A stretch of 64,000 bases of DNA from Gemmatimonadota bacterium. GTDB lineage: Bacteria > Gemmatimonadota > Gemmatimonadetes > Gemmatimonadales > GWC2-71-9. Shown here piece by piece: positions 8,776 to 16,843 of this stretch (the first letter of the stretch is position 1; every line of letters starts with the position of its first letter). The stretch lies in contig JAOTVV010000008.1 in assembly GCA_029863245.1 (NCBI GenBank), forward strand, positions 17,651-81,650. The letters run 5' to 3'. Below the pieces are notes generated by a model that was not told the DNA's origin, ran no database searches, and saw nothing but the letters and a program-made list of their open reading frames with translations. A program made the position numbers and the translations under genes.

Positions 8776-10454
8776 TACTTCTTGAGACCTTTGAGCCAGT
8801 CCCGGAATCCGTCTTCCGGTTCATCGTCGTCATCCGACTCACGCGGCTCATCGGTCCCAGGCTTGGGCACGCCGAAGAACTCGTCGAACGAGAAACCCTC
8901 GTCGGTCTTCTCGGGCGAGTCGGGGACGGCAGGCGATGACGGCACTGCTCCGCCGGGCGGAGCACCCTCCGAATGGTCCCGGCCCGATGACGGTGCGGGC
9001 CCCGCCACGGGGCCACCCAACAGCTCCCGCAGCATGGACCCGACGGACACACCGCCGGTCGCGGAAGCAGCGTAACCTCGCCGGCTAGACCCCTCCTCGG
9101 CGGCGGGCCTCCCCGCGTATTCGTCCTCGAGCTCCTCCAACCGCTCCCGAAGCCTGGCATCGTGGGGATCCTGATCGAGCAACTCCCGATAGATGTCCCG
9201 CGCTTCGGCGTACAGTCCCTGCGACGCATACAGCTCGGCCATCGTCTCTGTGACGACGGGCTCCGGCTCGCGGATCGCCGGCTCATCGAGGTCCGCCGAT
9301 ACCTCTTCGGGCAGGATCAGAGGCAGCTCCTCGACTTCCTTGTCCGGGGCTGCGGGCACGGCCTCCGCCATGGGTTCGGGTTGCGGGTCCGCGGCGGGCG
9401 GTTGTACGAACTCGATCTCGTACACACGCTCTCCGACTTCCGGCTCATCCGTGAACGGGGCGCCGCCAAGAGTGAGACCCTCGACTGGCGCGACGTCGGC
9501 GTCCTGAGGCTTCGGCGCCGCCGGCTCCATGGGCTCGGACGTCACCTCGCTGGCCTCCTCGCCGTCGGTCCGGAGGGAGAACGGGGCGTCGGCGACCGTG
9601 AGACCCTCCACCGGTGCCACGGCTGGCGCATCGGCATCGGGCCCCGTGAACTCCGCCGGCTCGAAAGCCCCCTCAGCCAGCATCTCCTCCGGCTCTCCGG
9701 GCTCGTCCACCGCCTCGAGCTCGGATACCGGCATAATGAACGGCGGTTCTTCCCGATCCGCAGCCGTGCCGGTCTCCTCGGTGTCGAGGAACACCGGCTC
9801 CACCTCGATATCTGGGAGCTCCGCCTCGGTGCCGTCGGCATCGACGGCGGTATCCAGTCCCTCGCGCGCCTCGGTGCTGGTGGGTTCGAATCCCATCGGC
9901 ATGGCCGGCGGCTCGGAGGCCCGTTCCAGTTCCAGGGCCGTGGGCTCGAGACCCTCCATCAGGGGTTCCGGTTCCTCGAGCTCGAACGACGGTGCCCGCT
10001 CAACCACGAGCTCCAAGGCGGCCGGTCCCTCATGCTTGGCTTCGGGCCCCACCCCTTCGCCCCCGAGCTGGTCGAGCGCGGCCCGCGCCTCTTCGTTCAT
10101 GGGGTCGACCTCGAGGAGACGCTGGAGCCATCGCTTCGCCCCGTCCGGATCCGCCCGTCGCGCCGCGATCTCACTCAGCGACTTGAGAGCGATCACGTTC
10201 TCCATGTCGAGTTGGAGCACGTTCTCGAACGCCTCGGCGGCGTCGGCATCTTGCCCCCGATCCAACAGACAGCGACCGAGCACGATGTGACCGCTCGTGT
10301 AGTTGGGACGCTTGCCGATCCACGCGTTCAGGACGTCGAGGGCCATGTCGAGGTCCCCGGCCTTACGGTACGCGTCGGCGAGCGCCGCAAACCACTGCTC
10401 CGGTTTCTCTCGAAACCGCGACTCTAGCTTCTCGATCTCGCTCTGATAGGCCAT
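8775..10454 (-). CDS. TPR-repeat protein with a ~270 aa acidic E/P/A/V-rich linker
   Basis: ORF 8775..10526. Start set at MAYQSEIEKLESRF (ATG 10454). TPR-like N-terminus (AYRKAGDLDMALDVLNAWIGKRPNY...), acidic low-complexity centre, TPR-like segment MAELYASQGLYAEARDIYRELLDQDP, acidic tail DDDDEPEDGFRDWLKGLKK. Confidence 0.7.
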   Translation of the reverse strand: MAYQSEIEKLESRFREKPEQWFAALADAYRKAGDLDMALDVLNAWIGKRPNYTSGHIVLGRCLLDRGQDADAAEAFENVLQLDMENVIALKSLSEIAARRADPDGAKRWLQRLLEVDPMNEEARAALDQLGGEGVGPEAKHEGPAALELVVERAPSFELEEPEPLMEGLEPTALELERASEPPAMPMGFEPTSTEAREGLDTAVDADGTEAELPDIEVEPVFLDTEETGTAADREEPPFIMPVSELEAVDEPGEPEEMLAEGAFEPAEFTGPDADAPAVAPVEGLTVADAPFSLRTDGEEASEVTSEPMEPAAPKPQDADVAPVEGLTLGGAPFTDEPEVGERVYEIEFVQPPAADPQPEPMAEAVPAAPDKEVEELPLILPEEVSADLDEPAIREPEPVVTETMAELYASQGLYAEARDIYRELLDQDPHDARLRERLEELEDEYAGRPAAEEGSSRRGYAASATGGVSVGSMLRELLGGPVAGPAPSSGRDHSEGAPPGGAVPSSPAVPDSPEKTDEGFSFDEFFGVPKPGTDEPRESDDDDEPEDGFRDWLKGLKK

Positions 10455-10582
10455 GGCGCCAGGATCAGGGGGAAAACAGGAGTAATCGAAGCAACTTAGC
10501 GTCCACAGGCGAAAACTGTCAACCAAAATCGGGGTCGTCCGGCTTGAGATTCCTCATTGACACGCTTAGACTTAGCCCCCTT

Positions 10583-10668
10583 GGAGAGGGAAGAGGGAAG
10601 AGGGAAAAGGGAAAAGGGAAAAGGGAAAAGGGAAGCGGGGAGGGGAAAGCGGGGTTGTTGGGGACGGG
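10583..10668. repeat. Solo polypurine tract (locus B) containing four perfect tandem GGGAAAA heptads
   Basis: ggagagggaagagggaagagggaaaagggaaaagggaaaagggaaaagggaagcggggaggggaaagcggggttgttggggacggga. I saw no matching pyrimidine arm within ~100 nt either side. It lies between the divergent TPR gene (start 10454) and the ppiD-like gene (start 10711). Confidence 0.8.
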
Positions 10669-10710
10669 ACCCAGTGGATATTCGACGTTTCGACGCGGGA
10701 ATTCAGCCTT

Positions 10711-12579
10711 ATGATGCGGACAATGCGCGGGATCGCGCCGTGGATCATGGTCATCGTTGCCGTCAGCTTTGTGGGCTGGATGGTCTTCGAAGTGGGGATG
10801 GACATCGGTGGACAGACGTCGGGCGGCGCGGCAAACGAAGTCGTTCGGGTCAACGGACGATCGATCGACCTTCAGACGTTCTACACGGCGGTCCGCAACC
10901 AGCAAGAACTTCGCAGACAGCAGGGAATCCCAACCGGTTTCACCCTCGAAGAGCAGCGGGAGTTGGAGGACGCTGTCGTCGAGCAGATGATCCAGGAGAT
11001 TCTCCTGGAGCAGGAATATCGGCGACGGGGCATCACCGCGACGGACCGTGAAATCCGGGAAGCGCTGCTCAACGCCCCGCTGCCCGAGTTGCAGCAGGTG
11101 CCGGAGTTTCAGACGGACGGCCAGTTCGATCTGGCGAAATACCAGCGTTACCTCCGGTCAGGCGCCGATCCGAACTTTGCCCTTGCGCTGGAGGCACGGT
11201 ACCGCCAAGAGATCCCACGGTACAAGTTCCTCGACCGCATCACGAGCGACGTGTACATCTCCGACGCGAAGCTATGGCGCATCTATCGCGACCGGAACGA
11301 CAGCGTCGTTGCCGACGTCATGGCGCTCGTGCCCCAAGTCGCCATGCCCGAAGCCTCGATCTCGCTGACCGAGGACGATCTGGACCGGTATTTCCGGGCA
11401 CACCGGTCGGAGTTCGAGCGACCCGCGCAGGCCTTCCTGAGCTTCGTGGCGGTCTCGCGCCGCCCCTGGGCGAGCGATTCGGCCCGCGCGCTCGAGCGGG
11501 CCCGAGAGATCCGCCAGGAGCTATTGGGTGGGGCGGATTTCGCAGAGGTGGCGGGCAGGGAGTCCGCCGACTCGGCATCCCGGTCGGGCGGCGGCGATCT
11601 GGGAGAGGTGCCGCGAGGCTCGTTCGTGCCGGCCTTCGAAGAGGCCGCGCTCGCCCTCCGGCCAGGACAGATCTCCGAGCCGGTGTTGACCCAGTTCGGC
11701 TATCACCTCATTCGGCTGGAATCGAAGCGGGACACGCTGCTTCATACCCGGCATGTGCTCGTTCCCATCGAGCTCTACGGAGAGCACCTGGCGCAGGTGG
11801 ACCGGCAAGCGGATTCGCTCGACTTCTTCGCGGCCGAAGCGGAGGATCCCCGGGCGCTGGACGATGTCGCGGCGGGCCTCGGCGTGCCAGTGGCGGCGGC
11901 ACCGCCGCTCTACCAGGGCAACCGGATGCAACTCGGGCGCTTCGTGATCCCGGATGTCCATCTTTGGGCATTCGAGACCCCGGTGGGCCAGACGTCGCAG
12001 ATCATCGAGACGGACTGGGCCTTCTATGTGTTCCGGCTCGACTCGCTCAACCCGAAGGCCGTGCCCGGCCTACAGGACATCCGTCAGGAAGTCACGCGGG
12101 CGGCCACGCTCGATCGACAGTGGGTCGAGACCCGGGCCCTCGCCCAGCGTATCGCTGAAGCGATCGGCCAGGGGGCGGACCTCGCGACGGTGGCTGATTC
12201 GTTCAGGGTCCGCGTGCAGCGAGTGGGTCCATTCACGCGGCTCGTTCCCTCGCCCGCCGTGGCGGAGGTTTCGGAAGCGATCGGTGCCGCGTTCGGTGCG
12301 TCGGTGGGTCAACCGCGCGGACCATTTGAGTCGAACCTCGGGATCTTCTTCGTCGAGCCGATCCGCCGGACCTTTGCGGACAGCACGGCCTTTGTGGCCC
12401 AAAAAGACGAGATGCACGCGCGGTTGATCCAGCAAGCCCGGCAGGCTCGCGTGCAGCTAATCATGACCGCCATGCGGGACCAGGCATCGGTCACCGACAA
12501 CCGCCGCGAGATCGAGCGCCAAAATCAGCAACAGCAACAGCAACAGGGCCAGCCCTTCCCCTCGCCAGTGGGGTTCTAG
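10711..12579 (+). CDS. ppiD: Periplasmic chaperone / peptidyl-prolyl isomerase, PpiD/SurA-like
   Basis: 622 aa. N-terminal anchor MMRTMRGIAPWIMVIVAVSFVGWMVF, parvulin domain (GGDLGEVPRGSFVPAFEEAALALRPGQISEPVLTQFGYHLIRLE), C-terminal poly-Q tail. Confidence 0.8.
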   Translation: MMRTMRGIAPWIMVIVAVSFVGWMVFEVGMDIGGQTSGGAANEVVRVNGRSIDLQTFYTAVRNQQELRRQQGIPTGFTLEEQRELEDAVVEQMIQEILLEQEYRRRGITATDREIREALLNAPLPELQQVPEFQTDGQFDLAKYQRYLRSGADPNFALALEARYRQEIPRYKFLDRITSDVYISDAKLWRIYRDRNDSVVADVMALVPQVAMPEASISLTEDDLDRYFRAHRSEFERPAQAFLSFVAVSRRPWASDSARALERAREIRQELLGGADFAEVAGRESADSASRSGGGDLGEVPRGSFVPAFEEAALALRPGQISEPVLTQFGYHLIRLESKRDTLLHTRHVLVPIELYGEHLAQVDRQADSLDFFAAEAEDPRALDDVAAGLGVPVAAAPPLYQGNRMQLGRFVIPDVHLWAFETPVGQTSQIIETDWAFYVFRLDSLNPKAVPGLQDIRQEVTRAATLDRQWVETRALAQRIAEAIGQGADLATVADSFRVRVQRVGPFTRLVPSPAVAEVSEAIGAAFGASVGQPRGPFESNLGIFFVEPIRRTFADSTAFVAQKDEMHARLIQQARQARVQLIMTAMRDQASVTDNRREIERQNQQQQQQQGQPFPSPVGF

Positions 12580-12621
12580 ACGGCGGAGAGGCGGTAGAGC
12601 GGTAAGGCGGTTGGCAGAGAG

Positions 12622-12657
12622 AAAGGCGACATCGGTCTTCCCGAGTCGCCTTTTCTC
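12622..12657. terminator. Bidirectional rho-independent terminator between the convergent ppiD-like and tatA genes
   Basis: Perfect 9-bp stem aaaggcgac / gtcgccttt, extended by tcgg/ccga, with loop tcttc. It is followed by tttt on the plus strand and by a T-rich run on the minus strand. Confidence 0.55.
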
Positions 12658-12730
12658 GTGATGGTCTCGTCGTCTCGTGATGCTCTCAGCGGCGGACGCC
12701 AACCGCCTAACCACCTAGCCGTCAAACCGC

Positions 12731-12967
12731 CTATTCCGATAGCTTCTTTGGGTCCCCGCTGGTGTGCGAGTCCGTGGGGGCGTCGATGCGTCGACCTGGC
12801 GGCGGTTCCTCATCGAGGCCTTGCTGGACGTCCTTGATGCTCTTCTTGAACTCCCGGATCCCCTTCCCCATCGACGAACCGATCTCCGGCAGCCGCTTCG
12901 CGCCGAAGACCAGCAGGACGACGAGAAGAACGACCAGGAGCTCAGTCATTCCGAGATTGAACGGCAT
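12731..12967 (-). CDS. tatA: Twin-arginine translocase subunit TatA/E
   Basis: 78 aa. MPFNLGMTELLVVLLVVLLVFGAKRLPEIGSSMGKGIREFKKSIKD is a canonical TatA. Confidence 0.85.
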   Translation of the reverse strand: MPFNLGMTELLVVLLVVLLVFGAKRLPEIGSSMGKGIREFKKSIKDVQQGLDEEPPPGRRIDAPTDSHTSGDPKKLSE

Positions 12968-13035
12968 GGGGACCTCACCTTCGTGCAGTGTGCGGCGTCC
13001 GTCTCACCCGGCGCTTCCGCACCAGGAGTCGGACG

Positions 13036-13308
13036 TCAGAACAACGACCGCGCCAACAGGTACGCCAACACGACGCCGAGCAGCCCGAGCAACGACACCT
13101 GCAGCGCGAGCGGGCCAAGCGTCAGACTGAAGATAATCAAGTTCAGGTGCACTGGTCCCACGGACGGCGCCACGGTCCAGGTGATGAACTCCTTGGCCGG
13201 GCTTTCGGGGAGGAAGCGGGCCAGGAGAGCCGACAGGAACCCCCCGATAACGAAGCCGAGTGTCAGGAACGACACGTAGAACAGCGGGCGGCGGGGGCCG
13301 ATCGGCAC
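13036..13308 (-). CDS. Small integral membrane protein (DUF4321-like is only a guess)
   Basis: 90 aa with hydrophobic segments (FYVSFLTLGFVIGGFLSALLARF, LLGLLGVVLAYLLA). Tightly packed between the ispB-like gene and tatA. Confidence 0.45.
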   Translation of the reverse strand: MPIGPRRPLFYVSFLTLGFVIGGFLSALLARFLPESPAKEFITWTVAPSVGPVHLNLIIFSLTLGPLALQVSLLGLLGVVLAYLLARSLF

Positions 13309-13310
13309 GG

Positions 13311-14303
13311 CTATCTTCTCCTCTGCACGACGTACGCTATGCAGTCGCGAAGGGCGTCGCGCGCGCCCGATGCCGGAAGCGTGTCGATCTCCGCCTCAGC
13401 CAACAGCGCGAACTCCTGTGCCCGCGTCTGCGCGGCCTCGATGCCTCCACGCTGCTCCACGGCATCGATCACGTGGGCGACGGATGCGACCGACGGTTCC
13501 GGATCGCTCATGAGCGCGACAACGAGATCACGCTCGGCCTGCTCCATCTGCGGAAGGGCCGCGATGAGCGGCAGGGTGATCTTGTGCTCCCGCAGGTCGA
13601 GCCCGGCCGGCTTGCCCGTGACCTCCTCGGTGCTCGTATAGTCCAGAAGATCGTCGACAATCTGGAATGCCATCCCCAACGCACGCCCGAACCGGCGCAG
13701 CGGCGCCCGGTAGAGCGGGTCCGCCCCCAACACACCCACCTCGCATGCGCCCGACATCAGCGAGGCCGTCTTGGCATCGATCAGCTGATCGTACTGATCG
13801 ATCGAGAAGTCGAGCACGTCGTGGGCTTCGATCTCGCGCATCTCGCCGACGGTCATCTCGTTGGTCACCCGACTCATCACCCGCAGCGGCTCGAGATCGT
13901 CGAGGCCCACGAGTTCCACGATCGATCTCGAGTACAGGTAGTCGCCCATGATCACGGCGATCTGATGGCTGAACATGGCGTTCACCGTGGGCTGACCGCG
14001 CCGGAGAACGGAGTGATCAACTGAATCGTCATGTATCAGCGTTGCCAGGTGAATGAGCTCGACCACGGCCGCTAGGGTGATGCCACGACGTGTCAGGTTC
14101 CCCGTCGCCCGCGCCGAAAGCAAGACCAGCGTCGGCCGAAACAGCTTCCCCCGGATCCGGAGCAGGTGTCGATTGACGTCCTCGATGGGCGGAAAATCAC
14201 TGCTGACGATCCGGCCCAGCTCGCCGTAGACGGCCTCCAGGTCGCTGTTGACCGACGTCTGGATCGCGCTGAGCGAGACGCGGGAGACTTCCTGGGAAGA
14301 CAC
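13311..14303 (-). CDS. ispB: Polyprenyl diphosphate synthase (trans-IPPS, IspB-like)
   Basis: 330 aa. First and second Asp-rich motifs LIHDDSVD and FQIVDDLLDY. Confidence 0.85.
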   Translation of the reverse strand: MSSQEVSRVSLSAIQTSVNSDLEAVYGELGRIVSSDFPPIEDVNRHLLRIRGKLFRPTLVLLSARATGNLTRRGITLAAVVELIHLATLIHDDSVDHSVLRRGQPTVNAMFSHQIAVIMGDYLYSRSIVELVGLDDLEPLRVMSRVTNEMTVGEMREIEAHDVLDFSIDQYDQLIDAKTASLMSGACEVGVLGADPLYRAPLRRFGRALGMAFQIVDDLLDYTSTEEVTGKPAGLDLREHKITLPLIAALPQMEQAERDLVVALMSDPEPSVASVAHVIDAVEQRGGIEAAQTRAQEFALLAEAEIDTLPASGARDALRDCIAYVVQRRR

Positions 14304-14306
14304 GCT

Positions 14307-16598
14307 CTAGTGCCCCGCCTTCACGAGCTCTTTGACCCGCCGGGTCACGTCCTGGAAACCGATGTCGACCGAATAGACGCGCTGGTACTGCTGGAGGGCT
14401 TCGGCCGGACGTTGGAGCTCCTCTTCGGCCCTGCCCAACCAGTAGAGGCATCCGATCTTTTCCTCGTCACCACCCACCTCCGACTCCACCGCGCGCCGGA
14501 GCACCGTCGCGGCGACCGAAAACTGACCGTTTTCGAAGAAGCACAGCCCGAGCGCCTCGGCGGTCTGAAGCTTGCCTTCCGGGGCGCGCAGCGCCCGCTG
14601 GAACTCGGTGATCGCTTCGTCCAAGAGCCCCATCTCTTTGAACGCCACGCCGAGATCGTAATGCGCCTGCCAATCCTCTTCGGCGAGATTGACCTCGATC
14701 CCGCGCTTGAACTCGCTCAGCATTTCCTCGAAATCGCGCTGCTCATCGCCGCTGGGCTCTTCTTCCTCGATCCGCATCCTCGTGTCACGAAGGGACAGCT
14801 CTTCATCTTCGAGGATTAACGCCCCGAGATCTACGAAGTCCCCGGACTGCGCCACGGGCGCCTCCACCTCGCGCGTCGGCTTCGGCTCGGGCGGCACGGG
14901 TGCCAACGTGGCCAAGCCCACCTTGGCTTGCTCGTTGTCCGAATCGTGATCCAGGACCCGCTGATACACGGCTCGGGCCCGGTCTTCGGCTCCCCCTCGG
15001 AGCAGCGCATCGGCCAGCCCGAGATAGGCCTGGGTCAAAGCCGCCTTGGAGCCGCGATGGAACGCGAGCTCCACCCGCTTCTGGTGATGCCGCACACTGT
15101 TCGGATCGAGTCGGAGAATCTCTCGTACGACGTCATCCGCGTCTTCCCATTCCTCGTCACCCTCGATCAGGCGGAGGGCGATATCAAGCTCGCCCAGGCC
15201 CCGATCCCGGTCCCCGGCTTCCATGAGCGCTTCGGCCAACGCCCGATGGAGCTCGGGATCATCAGGATCGTCCGCGACGCGCCCCTCGAGATCTTCGATC
15301 CGCTGCGCCGGGGGGACCTCCGCCGTGACGTCGGCCGGCTCGTCCTCGTGGTCGGCGGCAACCGCCGGTTTGGCATCCGGCTCCGCCCCGACCCCGAAGT
15401 CGAGATCCGGCACTTCAAGGTCACCGATCTCGACTGAGTCCCAGATCGATTCCTCGACCTCGACGTCCATGCCCGGTTTGGATTCGCGCAGCTCGACCGA
15501 CGGCCGTTCTTCGACCTCGATGACCAGATCCTCGGCACCTGCCCCGGTCCCGACGATCCCCGGCGTCACCTCGACCTCCTCGGGCACCTCCGGCTCGGCC
15601 TCTTCGGGCGGGCCGGGCTCCTCGTCCAGGGCCGTCGGCTCGACGTCGAGCGCCGGGACTTCATCCGGCGTCGGGGCCTCGAACTCCTCCTCGACCGCCA
15701 GTCCCTCGAGGGCGGCAACCTCCTCCTCGGCATCGAGATACTCCGCCGACACTCGCTCCACGTCGACACCATGATCTTCGGTGGCCTCGACGAGCGCCGT
15801 GGGTTCCAGACCCATGTCTTCGGTTCCGGCCCCCTCGACCGCAATCTCGGCAGCAGCCTCGACGGTCTCTTCGTCGAGCGAGGTGGGCTCGAAGTCCAGT
15901 GCCTCGACGGCAGCGGCCGTCGCCTCGACCTCGGCGAGCTGCTCCTCGATCAACGACATCGGTTCCACAGCACCACGCCGTTCCTCGTCCAGCACCGGAG
16001 CGTGTGCCTCCTCCTCCACCACCGGTTCCTCGACCGCAAGCTCCGCGACGGCAAGCTCGTCGACCTCCGGCTCCTCGTCGGCAGGCGCCGGTTCGTCGTC
16101 GAGATCCAGGAAGACGAGATCGGCCGACTTGGATCTCTTGACGAGCTTCGGCAACGGCGCCGACTCGACGTCATAGTCGGGATCGATCTCTTTCATGCGG
16201 GCGAGGGTGTCCCGCTTGCGGCGGGAGTCCCCGGACGCATCCACCTCGGCGTAGAGCTTGGCCAACTGCTCTCGTGCCTCTTCCGTCCGTGCTGCTGCTT
16301 TCAGTTGTTCGGCCAGCAGCAGGCGGATCTCCTCATTGTCGTGCGAGAGATCCGCGAATTCCTTCAGGGCGTGGAATGCCTGCTCGAGCTGACCACTCTT
16401 CTGCATGCGTTCGGCATACTCGAGCAGGTTCCGCTTGGCCTCCGTCGTGAAGCCCCGCTCCAGCATGAGCTTCGCGAGCTTGAGATAGACCGGGGTTCGT
16501 CCCGGTGCATTGCGGAGGATCTTGTTGCAGAGGGCGATAGCGTTGTTCGGATACCCGTTCTCCGCGTACCGCACCACAGCCTTTTCGTACGTTTCCAC
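14307..16598 (-). CDS. TPR-repeat protein with a ~275 aa acidic linker (5' end uncertain; see findings)
   Basis: 763 aa from the first canonical start (GTG 16598). TPR-like N-terminus, acidic E/P/A/V centre, multiple C-terminal TPRs (AHYDLGVAFKEMGLLDEAITEFQRAL...). In-frame TPR-like codons continue upstream of the GTG. Confidence 0.7.
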   Translation of the reverse strand: METYEKAVVRYAENGYPNNAIALCNKILRNAPGRTPVYLKLAKLMLERGFTTEAKRNLLEYAERMQKSGQLEQAFHALKEFADLSHDNEEIRLLLAEQLKAAARTEEAREQLAKLYAEVDASGDSRRKRDTLARMKEIDPDYDVESAPLPKLVKRSKSADLVFLDLDDEPAPADEEPEVDELAVAELAVEEPVVEEEAHAPVLDEERRGAVEPMSLIEEQLAEVEATAAAVEALDFEPTSLDEETVEAAAEIAVEGAGTEDMGLEPTALVEATEDHGVDVERVSAEYLDAEEEVAALEGLAVEEEFEAPTPDEVPALDVEPTALDEEPGPPEEAEPEVPEEVEVTPGIVGTGAGAEDLVIEVEERPSVELRESKPGMDVEVEESIWDSVEIGDLEVPDLDFGVGAEPDAKPAVAADHEDEPADVTAEVPPAQRIEDLEGRVADDPDDPELHRALAEALMEAGDRDRGLGELDIALRLIEGDEEWEDADDVVREILRLDPNSVRHHQKRVELAFHRGSKAALTQAYLGLADALLRGGAEDRARAVYQRVLDHDSDNEQAKVGLATLAPVPPEPKPTREVEAPVAQSGDFVDLGALILEDEELSLRDTRMRIEEEEPSGDEQRDFEEMLSEFKRGIEVNLAEEDWQAHYDLGVAFKEMGLLDEAITEFQRALRAPEGKLQTAEALGLCFFENGQFSVAATVLRRAVESEVGGDEEKIGCLYWLGRAEEELQRPAEALQQYQRVYSVDIGFQDVTRRVKELVKAGH

Positions 16599-16843
16599 AC
16601 CCGCGCCGACGTTGCCGTCCTTGATGTACAGATCACCGAGCTTGTTGTAGAGCGCAAGGTCGCGATCCGCCTCCGGAGTGCCATCGATCTCATCGACGAT
16701 CCTCTGGTAGAAGGAAATCGCTTTGTCCCACTGTTCTCTCTGCTCGAACTTGCGGGCCTTTTCTTTCGCTCTCTCGATGTTCAGGCTGAACCTCGGCTGG
16801 CTGAGACGTGAGGCGGTCCGCGGATCGACGATTTACAAGTGAT

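Noticed and set aside
9883-9893. Exact tRNA T-loop consensus GGTTCGAATCC, and a weaker GGTTCGAAA at 6306..6314
   Set aside because: Both lie inside well-supported CDSs. I could not build an acceptor stem around 9883: the 3' flank cggcatg has no complementary 5' partner at the expected distance.
10517-10562. Two divergent TTGACA hexamers 35 nt apart as promoters for the TPR and ppiD-like genes
   Set aside because: I could not find convincing -10 hexamers at 16-18 nt spacing. The best is TAAGTT for the minus-strand one and nothing for the plus-strand one. They are mentioned only as context in the locus B finding.
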